From: Eledone cirrhosa
Lineage: Eukaryota
Direction: 5' to 3'
NCBI GenBank assembly: GCA_964016885.1
Contig: OZ024741.1
Coordinates: 145,018,001-145,082,000, forward strand
Length of the DNA stretch: 64,000 nucleotides
A program made the translations under genes and the position numbers. Each line of letters opens with the position of its first letter. Positions within the stretch are counted from its first letter, which is position 1. Under the pieces are notes generated by a model. It worked only from the letters and a program-made list of their open reading frames with translations, did not search any database and was not told the origin of the DNA. Shown piece by piece: positions 1 to 12,339 of this stretch.

Positions 1-253
1 TCGATACCAAACCACCTGAAACCACCTCTGATTTTACAATACAAAACTGTTCATCTTAAAGTGTTTATAGTCATCTAAAAAACCTTTCATCATAGTTTTA
101 TATTAAAACTTCTGTTCATTTATATTCCCAAACCATCTTACTAATGAGAAAGCTAGTTATTTTACTAAATTTCTCCAGCTTCTTAATTATTTTCAAAATG
201 ATTTGAAAATCATAGGCAGCGTTGTTCATTAAACATATGGAAATGAAAGAGTT
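1..253. mobile_element. MITE remnant with TTAA/CCC-like ends (piggyBac-like non-autonomous); related pieces near 255-407, 14700-14870, 21117-21345, 60310-60580, 61820-61940
   Basis: Starts TCGATACCAAACCACCTGAAACCACC, whose reverse complement resembles 61901-61933 and 60546-60575. Ends GAAAGAGTTAA. TTAACCCTTTC at 21117. Confidence 0.45.
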
Positions 254-544
254 AAAGTGTTCATATTTATTTAAAAACCCCCCATCATAGTTCTATGGAA
301 GAACTTTTGTTAAGTTATGTCCCAAACACAGCTTAATAATGAGGAAGATAGTAAATCTGTCCAAATTCTTGATTATTTCATTAGAAATATAGTAATGAAA
401 AGGTTAATATATTGGGTTTAACTCTTTTTGACCAGCCAATCTGAGAATGTCTAAGGTCTCTTGTACTGCTACAAGTTGGGCTGTTTTCTCTATGTGGATT
501 TTAGTTAGTGTTTTTGTTATTTAGCCCTAGGTCAACCTACAGCT

Positions 545-852
545 CCCATGACTTTCAGAAACATTTTTTCATGTTCAGAGTTGCTGAAGCATGGAACAAA
601 CTACCTGCATCAGTTGTTAGATGTCGGGACAATGCATCCTTCAAAACTTCCATACTTCCCGAAATTCACCAACACTGCGCCTGATATTCCCCCTCCATAC
701 ACCATATGCATGTCTGTGTGTATATTATAACTCATACTCTGTTCACTTTCTGACATTTGTACATTATTCTATATACTATACATACACCTTTGATGAATTG
801 TAGTGCACCTGAGCACTGTATACAATAATTTTCATTAATATTATTTCATTAT
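545..852 (+). mobile_element. CR1-type LINE 3' end fragment
   Basis: Encodes HDFQKHFFMFRVAEAWNKLPASVV. The 3' UTR (GTAGTGCACCTGAGCACT) closely matches 34943-35240. Confidence 0.8.
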
Positions 853-2572
853 TAATCAAGGGATATATGTTTTCTTTATTTGTAGACATATGATTGAACT
901 TATTTCAGGCACAAACATTAAGTGTTTTTTATTTTATTTTATCTTATTTATTTTATATAGTTATTTATTTATTTTTACAAGCATAGTGTTTATGTACAAC
1001 TAAATTATCAAATATTTTCTTTTTTGAAGCAAAAGGACATGATTTGCGATTTGGCTGCTGTTTCTAGTAGATTGAACAATCATCTAGAGATAGGGATAGA
1101 TAGGTCATATAGGGAGATAGCAATCAATGTTTAGTGAGTTGGTGTGACAGTCAGAGATAGGGATATTTTTACATTAACATAATTAGGATATGAAATTTTA
1201 AATTGTTCTCCAACAAGAAATGTGAATTTTAATTCAATTTTCATCAATATTATATATATTCGGTATATAAGGATGCAATTCACTTCTAGCACTCAACGCC
1301 ATATTCCCATGACATCCATCACTATAATACTAGTAAATTAGTGCAGGCTGGTTGTTTCTTCTATTTTTAACTGGAGATTTGGGATCTCATTTTGAAGTAC
1401 GTAGTTGATTTTGTCTGATGAGTAGGGTTGAATGTAGGTTTATGGATTATGTTTCCTCGAGATTGTAAATAGCAAGGAATTGATGTAGATTTAAATACAA
1501 GTTAAGGCAATTGACGGTCTTAGGTTCATATATGCGCATGTGTGTGTATGTATGAGTGTATGTATATGTGTGTATGAGTATGTATGTCTACGCATAAATA
1601 CACAGAAGCTCATTATAGCAATATATTGCGAATAAAGGATCTATGATATATATTGTAAAATTGTGAATAGAGAATTTATATTTAATTTTACATAATGGAT
1701 GTAAAATTGATTAAAAATATATGGTACAACAGCACCAGCAGCAATGCCTAAAACAGCACCATAAATAATAATAACCACCTCAACAATATCACAAACAACA
1801 ATCACAACCTTAACAGCAAAAACAACAGCTTTCTTATAAAAAATAACAACAATATTATCATATTTGCAGCAACATCTGCAACCAAAGTTAATTACATTAA
1901 CAATAAAACTTTAATGTACAAGAAAGTCTGGTTTAGAATTGCTTCCAACCAATAATGACAATTTATATACATAAGAGCTAGCTAATGCATCATTTACAAT
2001 ATGTATGTAAGTATGTATGTATGTATCTACATATGTATGTATGCTCTCACACACATTTATATATATACACATACATTTATGTATATATATATACACTTAT
2101 GGATTCATATATGCATATATATCTATATCTATACATGAATATACATATATGTATATATACACAAAAATATACGCTTATACATACACACGCAGTCACATAT
2201 ATATATATATGTATGTCTGTATGTCACATATATATATATGTATATGTGTATGTGTATATTATCTCTGTTAATATTCCCCTGTTTAACCATTTGCTATATA
2301 CAACATAACAATATAAATCACACTGTGTTATCTCGTTAGAGATCCACTGCTGATAAGATTTGCTGATTACAGGAATATAGCAACAGATGCAATTAATTCA
2401 AAGAAGCAATGGAGCTGTGCATGTGTGCGTGGGTTGTAGTGAGTATGAAAATGTGTGTATTGCCTAGTGAGATATTTATATGAGTAATGTTCTATACTTT
2501 ACTCCTGTCTATATCTCTCTCTCTCACGTGTGTGAACATGTGTGTGTATGTGTACACACACACATATATATT

Positions 2573-2604
<32 letters not shown>

Positions 2605-2605
2605 C

Positions 2606-2641
<36 letters not shown>

Positions 2642-2655
2642 GTATATATATATTG

Positions 2656-3324
2656 ACATCCTTAACTCATGGTTGGGTGTGGATGCATTCATATATATGA
2701 GTGTGTCTGCATGTATCTGTGTGTTTCTAAATATATTGTTAATAACTCCCTCTGGTTGAGTAATCTTTGAAGTGTGGTGGCTGCTGGAAAGCTGCCATTA
2801 CTCATACTTCTCGCCCCCTTCACCACCTCTTCTACGGCTTCGATATAAATACCCCCTCCGCCTCTGTGGTATTTTCTTCGGGGTTATAAGAGGCTTAGCT
2901 CTGTTTCTCGACCGTTATATCGCGTGACTATCTCCCCCCTCCACCTTTTGGGATTCTTTCTCACGTCGTGTAGACGCGTTCTTGAGACTAGTAAAATGAG
3001 GTATCCTCTTGATAAGTCGGCAGACCTCGCAGGGACTCTATATCTTTATGATGTATTGTTTTTGTTTATGCCACGAAACTACGTAGTCGAGGAATCTAGG
3101 AGCAGTTTAGGTATGATACATTTTATTACTTATTATATCTAAATGTTTCTTCTCTCTTCATAATGTATTTTTAACTCTGATACTGGTTCAGTCTAATTCA
3201 ACCGGATTGGTCTGTCCCAGTCATTCATTGAGCAACATCGGTGAGGTTGGCATCCTTAACTCACGGTTGGGTGTGGATGCATTCATGTATAAGAGTGTGT
3301 CCGCATGTATCTGTGTGTTTCTAA

Positions 3325-3331
<7 letters not shown>
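2656..3331 (+). mobile_element. Non-coding PLE pseudo-LTR / retrozyme-like unit with ~80-bp terminal direct repeat and degenerate HHR
   Basis: CATCCTTAACTCAYGGTTGGGTGTGGATGC...CTAAATATATT occurs at ~2658-2737 and ~3251-3331. Degenerate HHR at 3005-3092. Flanked by (TA)n. Confidence 0.6.
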
Positions 3332-3362
<31 letters not shown>

Positions 3363-3369
3363 TACATAT

Positions 3370-3408
<39 letters not shown>

Positions 3409-3462
3409 TACATATATATATAAATATATACATATATATACATACATATAAATATATACATG

Positions 3463-3534
<72 letters not shown>

Positions 3535-3580
3535 CATATACTTATATACATACATATATATAAATATATATATATACATA

Positions 3581-4345
3581 TCATCATCATCATCATCATT
3601 TTACATCCGCTCTTCTCTGCTTGCAAGAGTGGGACGGGTCCTATTCATCACAGCATCTCTCCACTTGTCACGGTCCTTCGTCATCTCCACCGTGAGCTTC
3701 AGCAATCTGCGGTCTGCTCTCGCCACCTCCGCCCATGTTTTTCGTGGTCTACCTCTACCATGTCTTCTTTCAACTGACATTTCCTGGCACTTCTTCACCC
3801 ATCGGTCATCCTCCATGCACATCAGATGTCCATACCACCTCAGTCTCTTCTCTCGCACACTACAATCTATCCCTTTCAGACACAGTTTCTCTCTCAACAC
3901 ATTCATGCTTGGTTGATCACGCACATTGACATTGCACATCCAACGGAGCATGTTTGTCTCATTACTTTCCAGCCGTTACATCTCCTCTGCAGTTGCTGCC
4001 CATGTCTCACTACAATGCAGCATAGTGCTTCTCATACAGGCATCATATAACCGGCCTTTTGTACGCAGGGAGAAACCCTTCTTCGTCAGCAGAGGAAGCA
4101 GCTCCCTAAACTTCTTCAAACCCGTCCTTATTCTAGATACTATGGCCACGGAACCCCCCGTCACATGCTAATCTGATCTCCTAGGTACCGGAAGCTATCC
4201 ACCACTTCTATAGCACCCACCTGCATTTGAAAAATGTGTCTATCAATGCAACTTCTACTGTCTAATTTCCCTGTACATCTACTGCATACATATTTCTCCC
4301 TCCCTGTTAGTTTGCCTGCTATCTCACTACATCTCTTATCCTCTT
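3581..4345 (-). mobile_element. RTE LINE family B, 5'-truncated
   Basis: VVDSFRYLG, RLRWYGH and GRGRPRKTW motifs; (GAT)n tail at 3581-3600; highly similar to 7679-8528. Confidence 0.92.
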
Positions 4346-4454
4346 TTCTACTCATCAACGCATATATATATAATTATATACATATATATAAATATACATA
4401 CATATATATAAATATGTACATAGATATAAATATATATATATAACAATATTTATG

Positions 4455-4680
4455 TAGAACTGATGAGAAATTTGCAGATACTCCACCCTGATTACACCTT
4501 CAGATTTATGCCTGTGATTATTGGGGCACTGGGGTATGTTAGTAACTGCCTCAATACAAATCTTGAGAAGGTAGGCTTCACAGGAACAGAAAGACCACAA
4601 GTAGGTAGGAAATTACAAGTACAATCCATTAATGGAACAGTAAAAATATGTAAAACATTCCAAAAATTTAGCATCTAATA
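4455..4680 (+). mobile_element. C-terminal fragment of an RLE-type non-LTR retrotransposon
   Basis: LMRNLQILHPDYTFRFMPVIIGALG...LQVQSINGTVKICKTF resembles the end of the RLE domain. Confidence 0.6.
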
Positions 4681-4921
4681 ACTGCATATACACATGTACA
4701 GATACAAAGCATATACACATGCACACATACAACTCAAAACATCCACATCCACACATACAATAACATCCATATCTACACATGTATGCATGCATACATAATC
4801 TACATAGTTGATGTTGTGTAAATTCCAATGAGAGAGTCTTGTGTATATGTTAGAAATCGACTCTCTCTCTATTGGGAAAAAATTTGTGAAATTATAAAAC
4901 CAGAAGAAGATGCATACATAT

Positions 4922-4995
<74 letters not shown>

Positions 4996-4998
4996 GTA

Positions 4999-5030
<32 letters not shown>

Positions 5031-5191
5031 CATATAAACATACATACATATAAACATACATACATACATATATACATACATACATACATATATATATACA
5101 TACATATATACATATGTATACATGCATATATATATATCTATATATACATATATATATACATACATATATATATATATATGTATATATATAT

Positions 5192-5224
<33 letters not shown>

Positions 5225-5542
5225 CACATACATACATATATAGATATATACACATTCCTATATATATATGGAAAACAAATAAACAGAGTGGTAGCATCAA
5301 AAATACAAACAAACATGGAAAGATAAGATGAAAATAGAGTGGTGGGTGTAGGTAACCGGTATATTCTATCAGGATCCATAATGGTAGGAATCAATTAAAA
5401 GCACCACATTTTTAAGCTGGATTTAAACACAGGCACACACACACGCACACAGACATAGACACACACACATACACACACACACACACTGATAAGCATTGAT
5501 ATGAATCTAAAATATATATGTATATATGCATGTGTGTGTATA

Positions 5543-5584
<42 letters not shown>

Positions 5585-5605
5585 CATACATACATATATA
5601 TACAT

Positions 5606-7645
5606 GCGAGGTCATCAGCATACAGGAGTTCCCATGCGCATCCGGTCTTAAACTCCTCCGTTATTGCCTGCAGGACTATGATGAACAGGAGCTAATAACA
5701 GAGCCCTGGTGGACCCCAACCTGTACGCTAAATTCCTCGCTATACTCATTGCTGACTGCTCCTCTATACATGGCTTGTACCGCTTTCACAAGCCATTCAT
5801 CTACTCCTAGTTTTCTAAGAGCCCACCAGATTACAGCACGTGGAACTCTGTCAAAGGCTTTCTCAAGGTCGACAAATGCCAAGTAAAGTGGCTTACTTTT
5901 AGCTAGGTACTTTTCCTGTAATTGCCTCACAAGGAAGAGGGCATCAGTGGTGCCTCTTCCTGGTACAAACCCAAATTGCATCTCGTCTATTTTCACCCGG
6001 TCCCTAATCAATGCTATAACTCTTTCTGTTACTTTCATGACCTGGTCCATCAACTTTATACCTCTATAGTTTCCTCTATCTAGTGCATCGCCTTTACATT
6101 TGTAGCAGTTGACAATGATGCTACTGCACCAATCTTTTGGTATGACACCTTCTAGTATTACCTGGTTAACAATACGTGTGGTTATAGTGTGACCTACAGA
6201 CCCAGATGCCTTCAGCATCTCGGCAGCTATGCCCGATGGACCGGTTGCCTTCCCCATCTTCATATCTTTGATTGCCTTACTTACTACGCTGCTGCTGACT
6301 TGTACTGCTGGCCCCTCTATAAGGTCTACTTGGGGTAGGGTCTCTTCTTCCCATGCATTCTCCTCATTTAGTAATCTATCATAATGACTCTTCCATGCAT
6401 CTTTCTTCTCAGCACTTGTGAAGGCAAGCTCACCTTTATCATCCCGGATACACTTCTCTCCAATGACATCACAACTATCTCTGACACACTGCCTCGCAAT
6501 CTTGAATACCTCCTGTTTCTGGTCCTCACGTTGCAAAACATGCTTGAATTTTCTATCCTCTGCTTCCCTCCTAGCTAAGTATACTTGTCGCCTAGCTTCC
6601 CTCTTGGTCTCTATGTAATGTACCCTGCTCCCCCCGTTCTTCCATTCTTTCCATACCTGTCTCTTGGCCTTAACTGCTTCATCTACCTTACTGTTCCACC
6701 ACCAAGTCACTCTCCTCCTGCTTGAGGTCTTACTCCAGCGACAGACCTCATCCGTCACCTCTAGTAAATTATTTTTTAGGAACTCCGAGTGCTCTTCTAC
6801 ATTGAATGTCTCTATCTGTTCTTCTTTACTGTCGTAGGCGTTGAGTAAAATATCTTTAAATCTGTTACTGGTTGAGGGGATTTTCAGCTTCCAGATCTTT
6901 CTTCTCCAGGTTGGCCTCTGTTTCCAGGTTCGTCTAGTTCTGACCGTGAGGTCGCTGACAACTAAGCTATGTTGGGATGTACATTCCTCACTAGGGAAGG
7001 CTTTTGTGTTTACGACTGTCCATCTGTCACGTCCTCTGATGAAGATAAAATCTATCTGACTGGAGTGCTCCCCTGATCTATAGGTGATCAGGTGGTTGTC
7101 GGGTTTTTAAAGTTTGTGTTACATATCGACATGTCATTGGCGTCGCAGAATTCTAGAAGTCTGAATCCTTCCTCATTTCTTGTGCCAACCCCATGGCCTC
7201 CATGTACTCTATTGAAGCTGTCGCAGTGTTTACCTACGTGTCCGTTAAAATCTCCTGCAATGATTAGGAAGTCATTGTCGTCTGTTAGAGCAGTAGTGTG
7301 CATTAGGGACTCGTAAAACCTATCCTTAAGTTCGTCTGGCAGCCCCGATTGGGGTGCGTAAGCTGATATTATTGTGGTACTTGTTTTATTCAGGACTAGT
7401 CTGAGCTTAATGATTCTTGAATTTACCCTGTACACTGAGATTACTTTATCTACCCACTTGTCAGCTAGTAGTATACCTACACCACCCATCCCATCGTCAT
7501 TTCCCACCCATAAAAATTTGTAGCACCGACTTTTTCCTACCAGGACTCTGGCAGACTCTCCTCTCCATCTAGTCTCTTGCACACAGCATACATCAATTTC
7601 CTTTAGCTCTAGCATTTCTACGATTTCTCCTGCTCTTCCTTTCAT
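5606..7645 (-). mobile_element. RTE LINE family A internal fragment (APE to YADD), frameshifted
   Basis: QETRW, GDFNGHVG, NYRGIKL, FVDLEKAFDRV, GVHQGSV and YADDL motifs. Near-identical to 39024-41086. Both ends abut (TA)n. Confidence 0.95.
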
Positions 7646-7678
7646 TATATATATATATATTTATATATATATATATAT

Positions 7679-8528
7679 CAGGGAAATGGGAAATGGCCAT
7701 GTTCGATATGCAGAAAAGGAACTAGCATAAATTCTATAAAATGCACACAATGCAGGTCCTGGGTACACAAGAGATGTAGCGGGATAGCAGGCAAACTAAC
7801 AGGTAGGGAGAAATATGTATGCAGTAGATGTACAGGGAAATTAGACAGTAGAAGTCGCACTGATAGACACATTTTTCAAATGCAGGAGGGCGCTATAGAA
7901 GTGGTGGATAGCTTCCGGTACCTAGGAGATCAGATTAGCATGGGAGGAGGGTGTTCTGAGTCCATAGTATCTAGAATAAGGACGGGTTGGAAGAAGTTTA
8001 GGGAGCTGCTTCCTCTGTTGACGAAGAAGGGTTTCTCCCTGCGTATGAAAGGCCGGTTGTATGATGCCTGTGTGAGGAGCGCGATGCTGCATGGTAGTGA
8101 GACATGGGCAGCAACCGCAGAGGATATGCGACGGCTGGAGAGAAATGAGGCAAGCATGCTCCATTGGATGTGCAGTGTAAATGTGCGTGAACGACCCAGC
8201 ATAAATGAGTTGAGAGAGAAACTGTGTCTGAGAGGGATAGAATGTAGTGTACGGGAGAGGAGACTGAGGTGGTATGGACATGTGATGCGCATGGAGGATG
8301 ACCGATGGGTGAAGAAGTGCCAGGAAATGCCAGTTGAAGGAAGACGTGGTAGAGGTAGACCACGAAAAACATGGGCGGAGGTGGTGAGAACAGACCTCAG
8401 ATCATTGAAGCTCGCGGTGGAGATGACGAGGGACCGTGACGAGTGGAGAGATGCTGTGCTGAATAAGACCCATCCCACCCTTGCAAGCAGGGAAAAGCGG
8501 ACGTAAAATGATGATGATGATGATGATA
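7679..8528 (+). mobile_element. RTE LINE family B, 5'-truncated, begins at the PHD finger
   Basis: GKWPCSICRKG...WVHKRC...CSRC followed by VVDSFRYLG and [11 protein letters not shown]; (GAT)n tail. Confidence 0.93.
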
Positions 8529-8669
8529 TGTTCGATTACTCAAAGAGCTAGTTGGCAAATTCTCTTTCCAACTTCAAGTTTCTTCATTCTATTTTATAAG
8601 CTATTTTATAGCATCTCTACTCGTGAGCACATCACTCTTTATATTGAATATATAGTAGTAATAATATAT

Positions 8670-8920
8670 ACAAAGACCAAAATCCAGAGAGGACTCAATA
8701 AGGTTGTATATATATAAGTATTATAAGTCCATAGAGCAAATATTTATTAGTAGCACAGAGTAAAGTTTAACCAAACAATATCTGCTTTCACTCTAAAGTG
8801 GAATCTTCTGAAACTGAGAAATATTAGTCAATGGACACAGATAAAAATAGTAACATATGAAGATTTTCTCTTGAGATACAGCAGATGTATGCAGATGTAT
8901 GTAGATGTATGCAAAGAGAA
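8670..8920 (-). mobile_element. Non-coding repeat family with HHR-like CAGANGA motif (copies at 19640-19715 +, 35486-35760 -, 61695-61770 partial, 42738-42785 terminus)
   Basis: Alignable to 35486-35760 (AAAGACCAAAATCCA..., CTGAAACTGAGAAA); HHR-like fold at 8764-8815. Confidence 0.6.
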
Positions 8921-8944
8921 TAAAAGATCTAATTGCATATTTAA

Positions 8945-9260
8945 CTGGAACTGAGGCCCTTATTTTTGTAGCTCAGGAACAGGCATTGAGAACGAATTAT
9001 ATCAAGTTCAATATTGACAAGTCAGCGAATTTCCAACTTTGTAGGCTGTGTGGTAAGAAAGGTGTGACAATAAACCCCATTCTTCCCTGCAAGATCAGCA
9101 AATATGAGCTACAGCAGATTGGGCTGCTAGGAATAGCACACATTCTCAGACGAGTTCTCTCTCTACAATGGAAACATCTATTGCCCAGGTTCAAGGCCTG
9201 AACCCGGCAATAGAGAAACAGAACTGAGCTAAACAAAATAGCACAACAATAATAATAATA
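8945..9260 (+). mobile_element. R4/Dong-like RLE LINE, internally deleted 3' fragment
   Basis: TEALIFVAQEQALRTN...CRLCG...LLGIAHILRRVL; (AAT)n tail. Confidence 0.75.
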
Positions 9261-10303
9261 GCGGAATTAAGCAACAATTGATAGTATGAACTCCTCTGAA
9301 CTTGGTATAGATTACCAGTTTTATAGGTGTATACATATACTGCAATAGAATCCTTTATTTGTTGGATTCTTTTGTATAATCCTGTTGGAAGGGATTGCTT
9401 CTCTTTCTAAATTTGATACTCCATGAGAGCTCAAGTACATCCCTTTCGGTTAGGAATTACTGCTGTTTAGCTTGGAAATACCTATCAAATAATATAGTTT
9501 ATAAATTTAAGCTTGGTACACCCACAACTAGTAAGGCTAACAACTATCAGATTCAAGCAGCATTTATGCATGCACACTCATTCTTTTCAAGATCCTTTAG
9601 GAAGAAAGATCACTTCACTTTAGGCTTATATCTGAAGTTTAAAAGACAAAAACACCCAATATCAGTTACACTGGGAGATCCTAGTTAAAGCTAGATCCTA
9701 TAATAGCAATAAAAAAAACCTTGTGATCTTTGGGCTGTTGAAGCTTTGCAAATTACAATTAACTGGGCTGTGTTTGGTAATAATTTTAATGGAAACCACA
9801 AATGCAAGAAAATTTTACTCCATTAGAAAATATAACTAGTATGAGAGAGATCTGATATTAAATGCTGCTGGAAGTTAAATGAGATGTGAAATGATTAATA
9901 AGATACTGGTCCCTATAGAAAAGTTACACTACTCTTAGTTCATAGTTAAAATCATTAGAATCTATAGAAATATTTCTCATGAATATCAGCAAGACACACA
10001 CTCACTCCCACCTGCATACCCCTACTACTCACTCCCACATGCACCCCCCCCCCCCACTCCCACATGAAATGTTAACATGTGCAACATGCCAGTTTATCAT
10101 AGATAATTTTCTTTTCTTCAAGATAAATCTTTTTCCAATTTTCTGGTACTTGTTTGACAACAACAAAATAAACTGTGGATCTGAAGCAGATAAAATGAAG
10201 TTTTCTAGCTCTGAACATAGGAAATCAGTAAAAGGTTTATAGTGAAGTTAAACCATCGAAGCATAACATGTCTCATAGTCTTTTCTTGCTTTCTCTTTCA
10301 TAT

Positions 10304-10375
<72 letters not shown>

Positions 10376-10439
10376 ACAAATGACAAACATAGAAATACAA
10401 AAAACAAAAACAAAAAAATACTATTAGTGTTATTAAGTT

Positions 10440-11785
10440 CATGCTTTGGATGAAAGAGGAAAAAAGTTTGTATCAGATGTAAGTCCTTCGTCAGGAGAGT
10501 ACAAGAAGATGATTAGAAAATAAAAAAAATAGAAAAAGGATGAGTGTGTTGTTTTTAATTTTTTGTGTGTATCATTGTATATATTGGTGGAATGATCTAT
10601 ATATTGTTTGTGATGGTGTCTAAATGTGTCTGGCTGTATTAACTTTGTATATGTATGGTTTGTCAGAATTCAACTTCAAGGTGGTTAGCTGCAGTTGAAA
10701 GGAATAAAAAAGCAGTTAAATTTTTTATAGCAGCCACACTATGCAATGCTTAGTGAGAAATGCATGTATATATATGCTGATGTGTGTGTTCTATGTTTTT
10801 GTTTATTAATAAGTGAGTTAAAGTTTTTTGTTGTATATGTAATGTACTTAAGTGTGTGAGTTCTTCTGTGCACATGGATGAGGGGGTACTGGATGCAGTG
10901 GAAAGAGCAGATTAAAGGAAGAGGGATGGTGCATTAAGGCCATAAGGGGTAGATGTATTTAGAAAAAAAAACAAGTCTCTGTTCCCTTTCATGGTGCATA
11001 AATGGGGTTCCAGTGCAGGAAGTGAGTACAAACACAGTAAGTTGTTGATATGCGGAATGACCAGCAGAGCAGAAGTGTTGGGCCACCAAGGACATATTGC
11101 CAACCTGAATTTCCCGCAGATGTTCAGCGAATCTGTTGGCCAGTCGACAGCTAATCTGACCAATGTATATGACCTCACATTGTGTGCCCATGTATGAGGC
11201 TTGTGGAAGTGCAGCTGAAAGAGTCCCTAATATGAAAGATACGGCCATTAGTTCCGATGAGGGTGGTGGTGGCAATGATGAAGCTGTATATATGACAGTA
11301 GGGTCCGGAGCAGGGATAAGATCTAAGAGAGGAGCTGGAAGGAGTACGGGAACTCTGGATAGGAAGGTTCCTTATGTTGCGTACATGTTTAGAAGAGAGG
11401 CAGGGTGGGAGGGAAAAATGGGATAGGTGGAGGAATCTGACTGGATGTGAGGGAAGAGGCAGAAGGTTGTCTTCTGAGGGTGGGGGTAAAGATAGAAGGT
11501 TGGTACATAAAAGGAAACAGTAGCTGGTAGACGGACGGGTCATGGTGTAAAAGCAGAGGTACTCCAGGAGCATTGTATCAATGTAGGGGGTAGACTTGTC
11601 GGGTAAATAGTCTAGCCATGTAATGAGCATGAGCCTCAAAGTCATGGGTTTTACTGCACAGATGGTAGAAATGAAGGAATTGGGAGTAGGGGATGGAGTG
11701 TTTGATGTGGATGGAATGTGAGGCGGTGAAGTTGAGGTAGGCATGCGAGTCGGTGGGTTTAATGAGAAAGCGATTGGAGTTGTTA
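10440..11785 (-). mobile_element. Neptune-type Penelope-like element remnant (linker plus GIY-YIG, degenerate HHR near 10470-10497)
   Basis: TTTLIGTNGRIFHIRDSFSCTS and CEVIYIGQISCRLANRFAEHLREI...VAQHFCSAGH; CTGACGA core remnant on the minus strand. Confidence 0.8.
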
Positions 11786-11802
11786 TATATATATATATTA
11801 TG

Positions 11803-11965
11803 GGGGCAGGCATGGTTGTGTGGTTAAGAAGATTGCTCTGTGACCTCGTGATTTCAGGTTTGATCCCACTGTACAGCACCTTGTGCAAGTGTATTCTGTG
11901 TTAACCACAAATTTTACTGACCAAAGCCTTGTTAGCAAAATTTGACAGTACAGAAGCCTGTATCA
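11803..11965 (+). mobile_element. Older tRNA-derived SINE (second family; related copies ~58185-58350, 59378-59470, 63170-63325)
   Basis: A-box-like TGGTTGTGTGGTTAAG, B-box-like GGTTTGATCCC, then CCTTGTGCAAGTGT and a CAGAAGCC tail shared among copies. Confidence 0.65.
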
Positions 11966-12339
11966 TAAATAAACAGGATAACCAGTTGTGGTCCTTATCA
12001 TAGCAAAGGCACAATTGGTAAATAACAACATACACAAAACAAGCACAAATTTCACCTTGAAAATTTCTCATTTGATGAACTCATGAGAGTGAAAACTGGC
12101 TAGTATGAAACAAATGAGTTATCGATGATGCTTTCTGGAAACACCCTTTTAAAAGAACAGAAAAAAGAAACGAAAAATTATAATATTTTTGTATGAACTA
12201 ATTTCCTTTCATTGTGTACTATAAATTTGCATACATATATAAACTATATGTACCGCCTCTTCCTCCCTGTATTATTATTTTTCATATACATATGTATATA
12301 TATATATATGGATTAGAATGAGTTATCATTTTATATAAA

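Noticed and set aside
1410-1470. CTGATGA hammerhead core
   Set aside because: No matching stem II/GAAA/stem III arrangement.
1911-5621. Many YI/IY/CV-rich ORFs here and at 10248, 19130, 21921, 23565, 29022, 31081, 42986, 52547
   Set aside because: Translations of (TA)n/(CA)n/(GA)n microsatellites.
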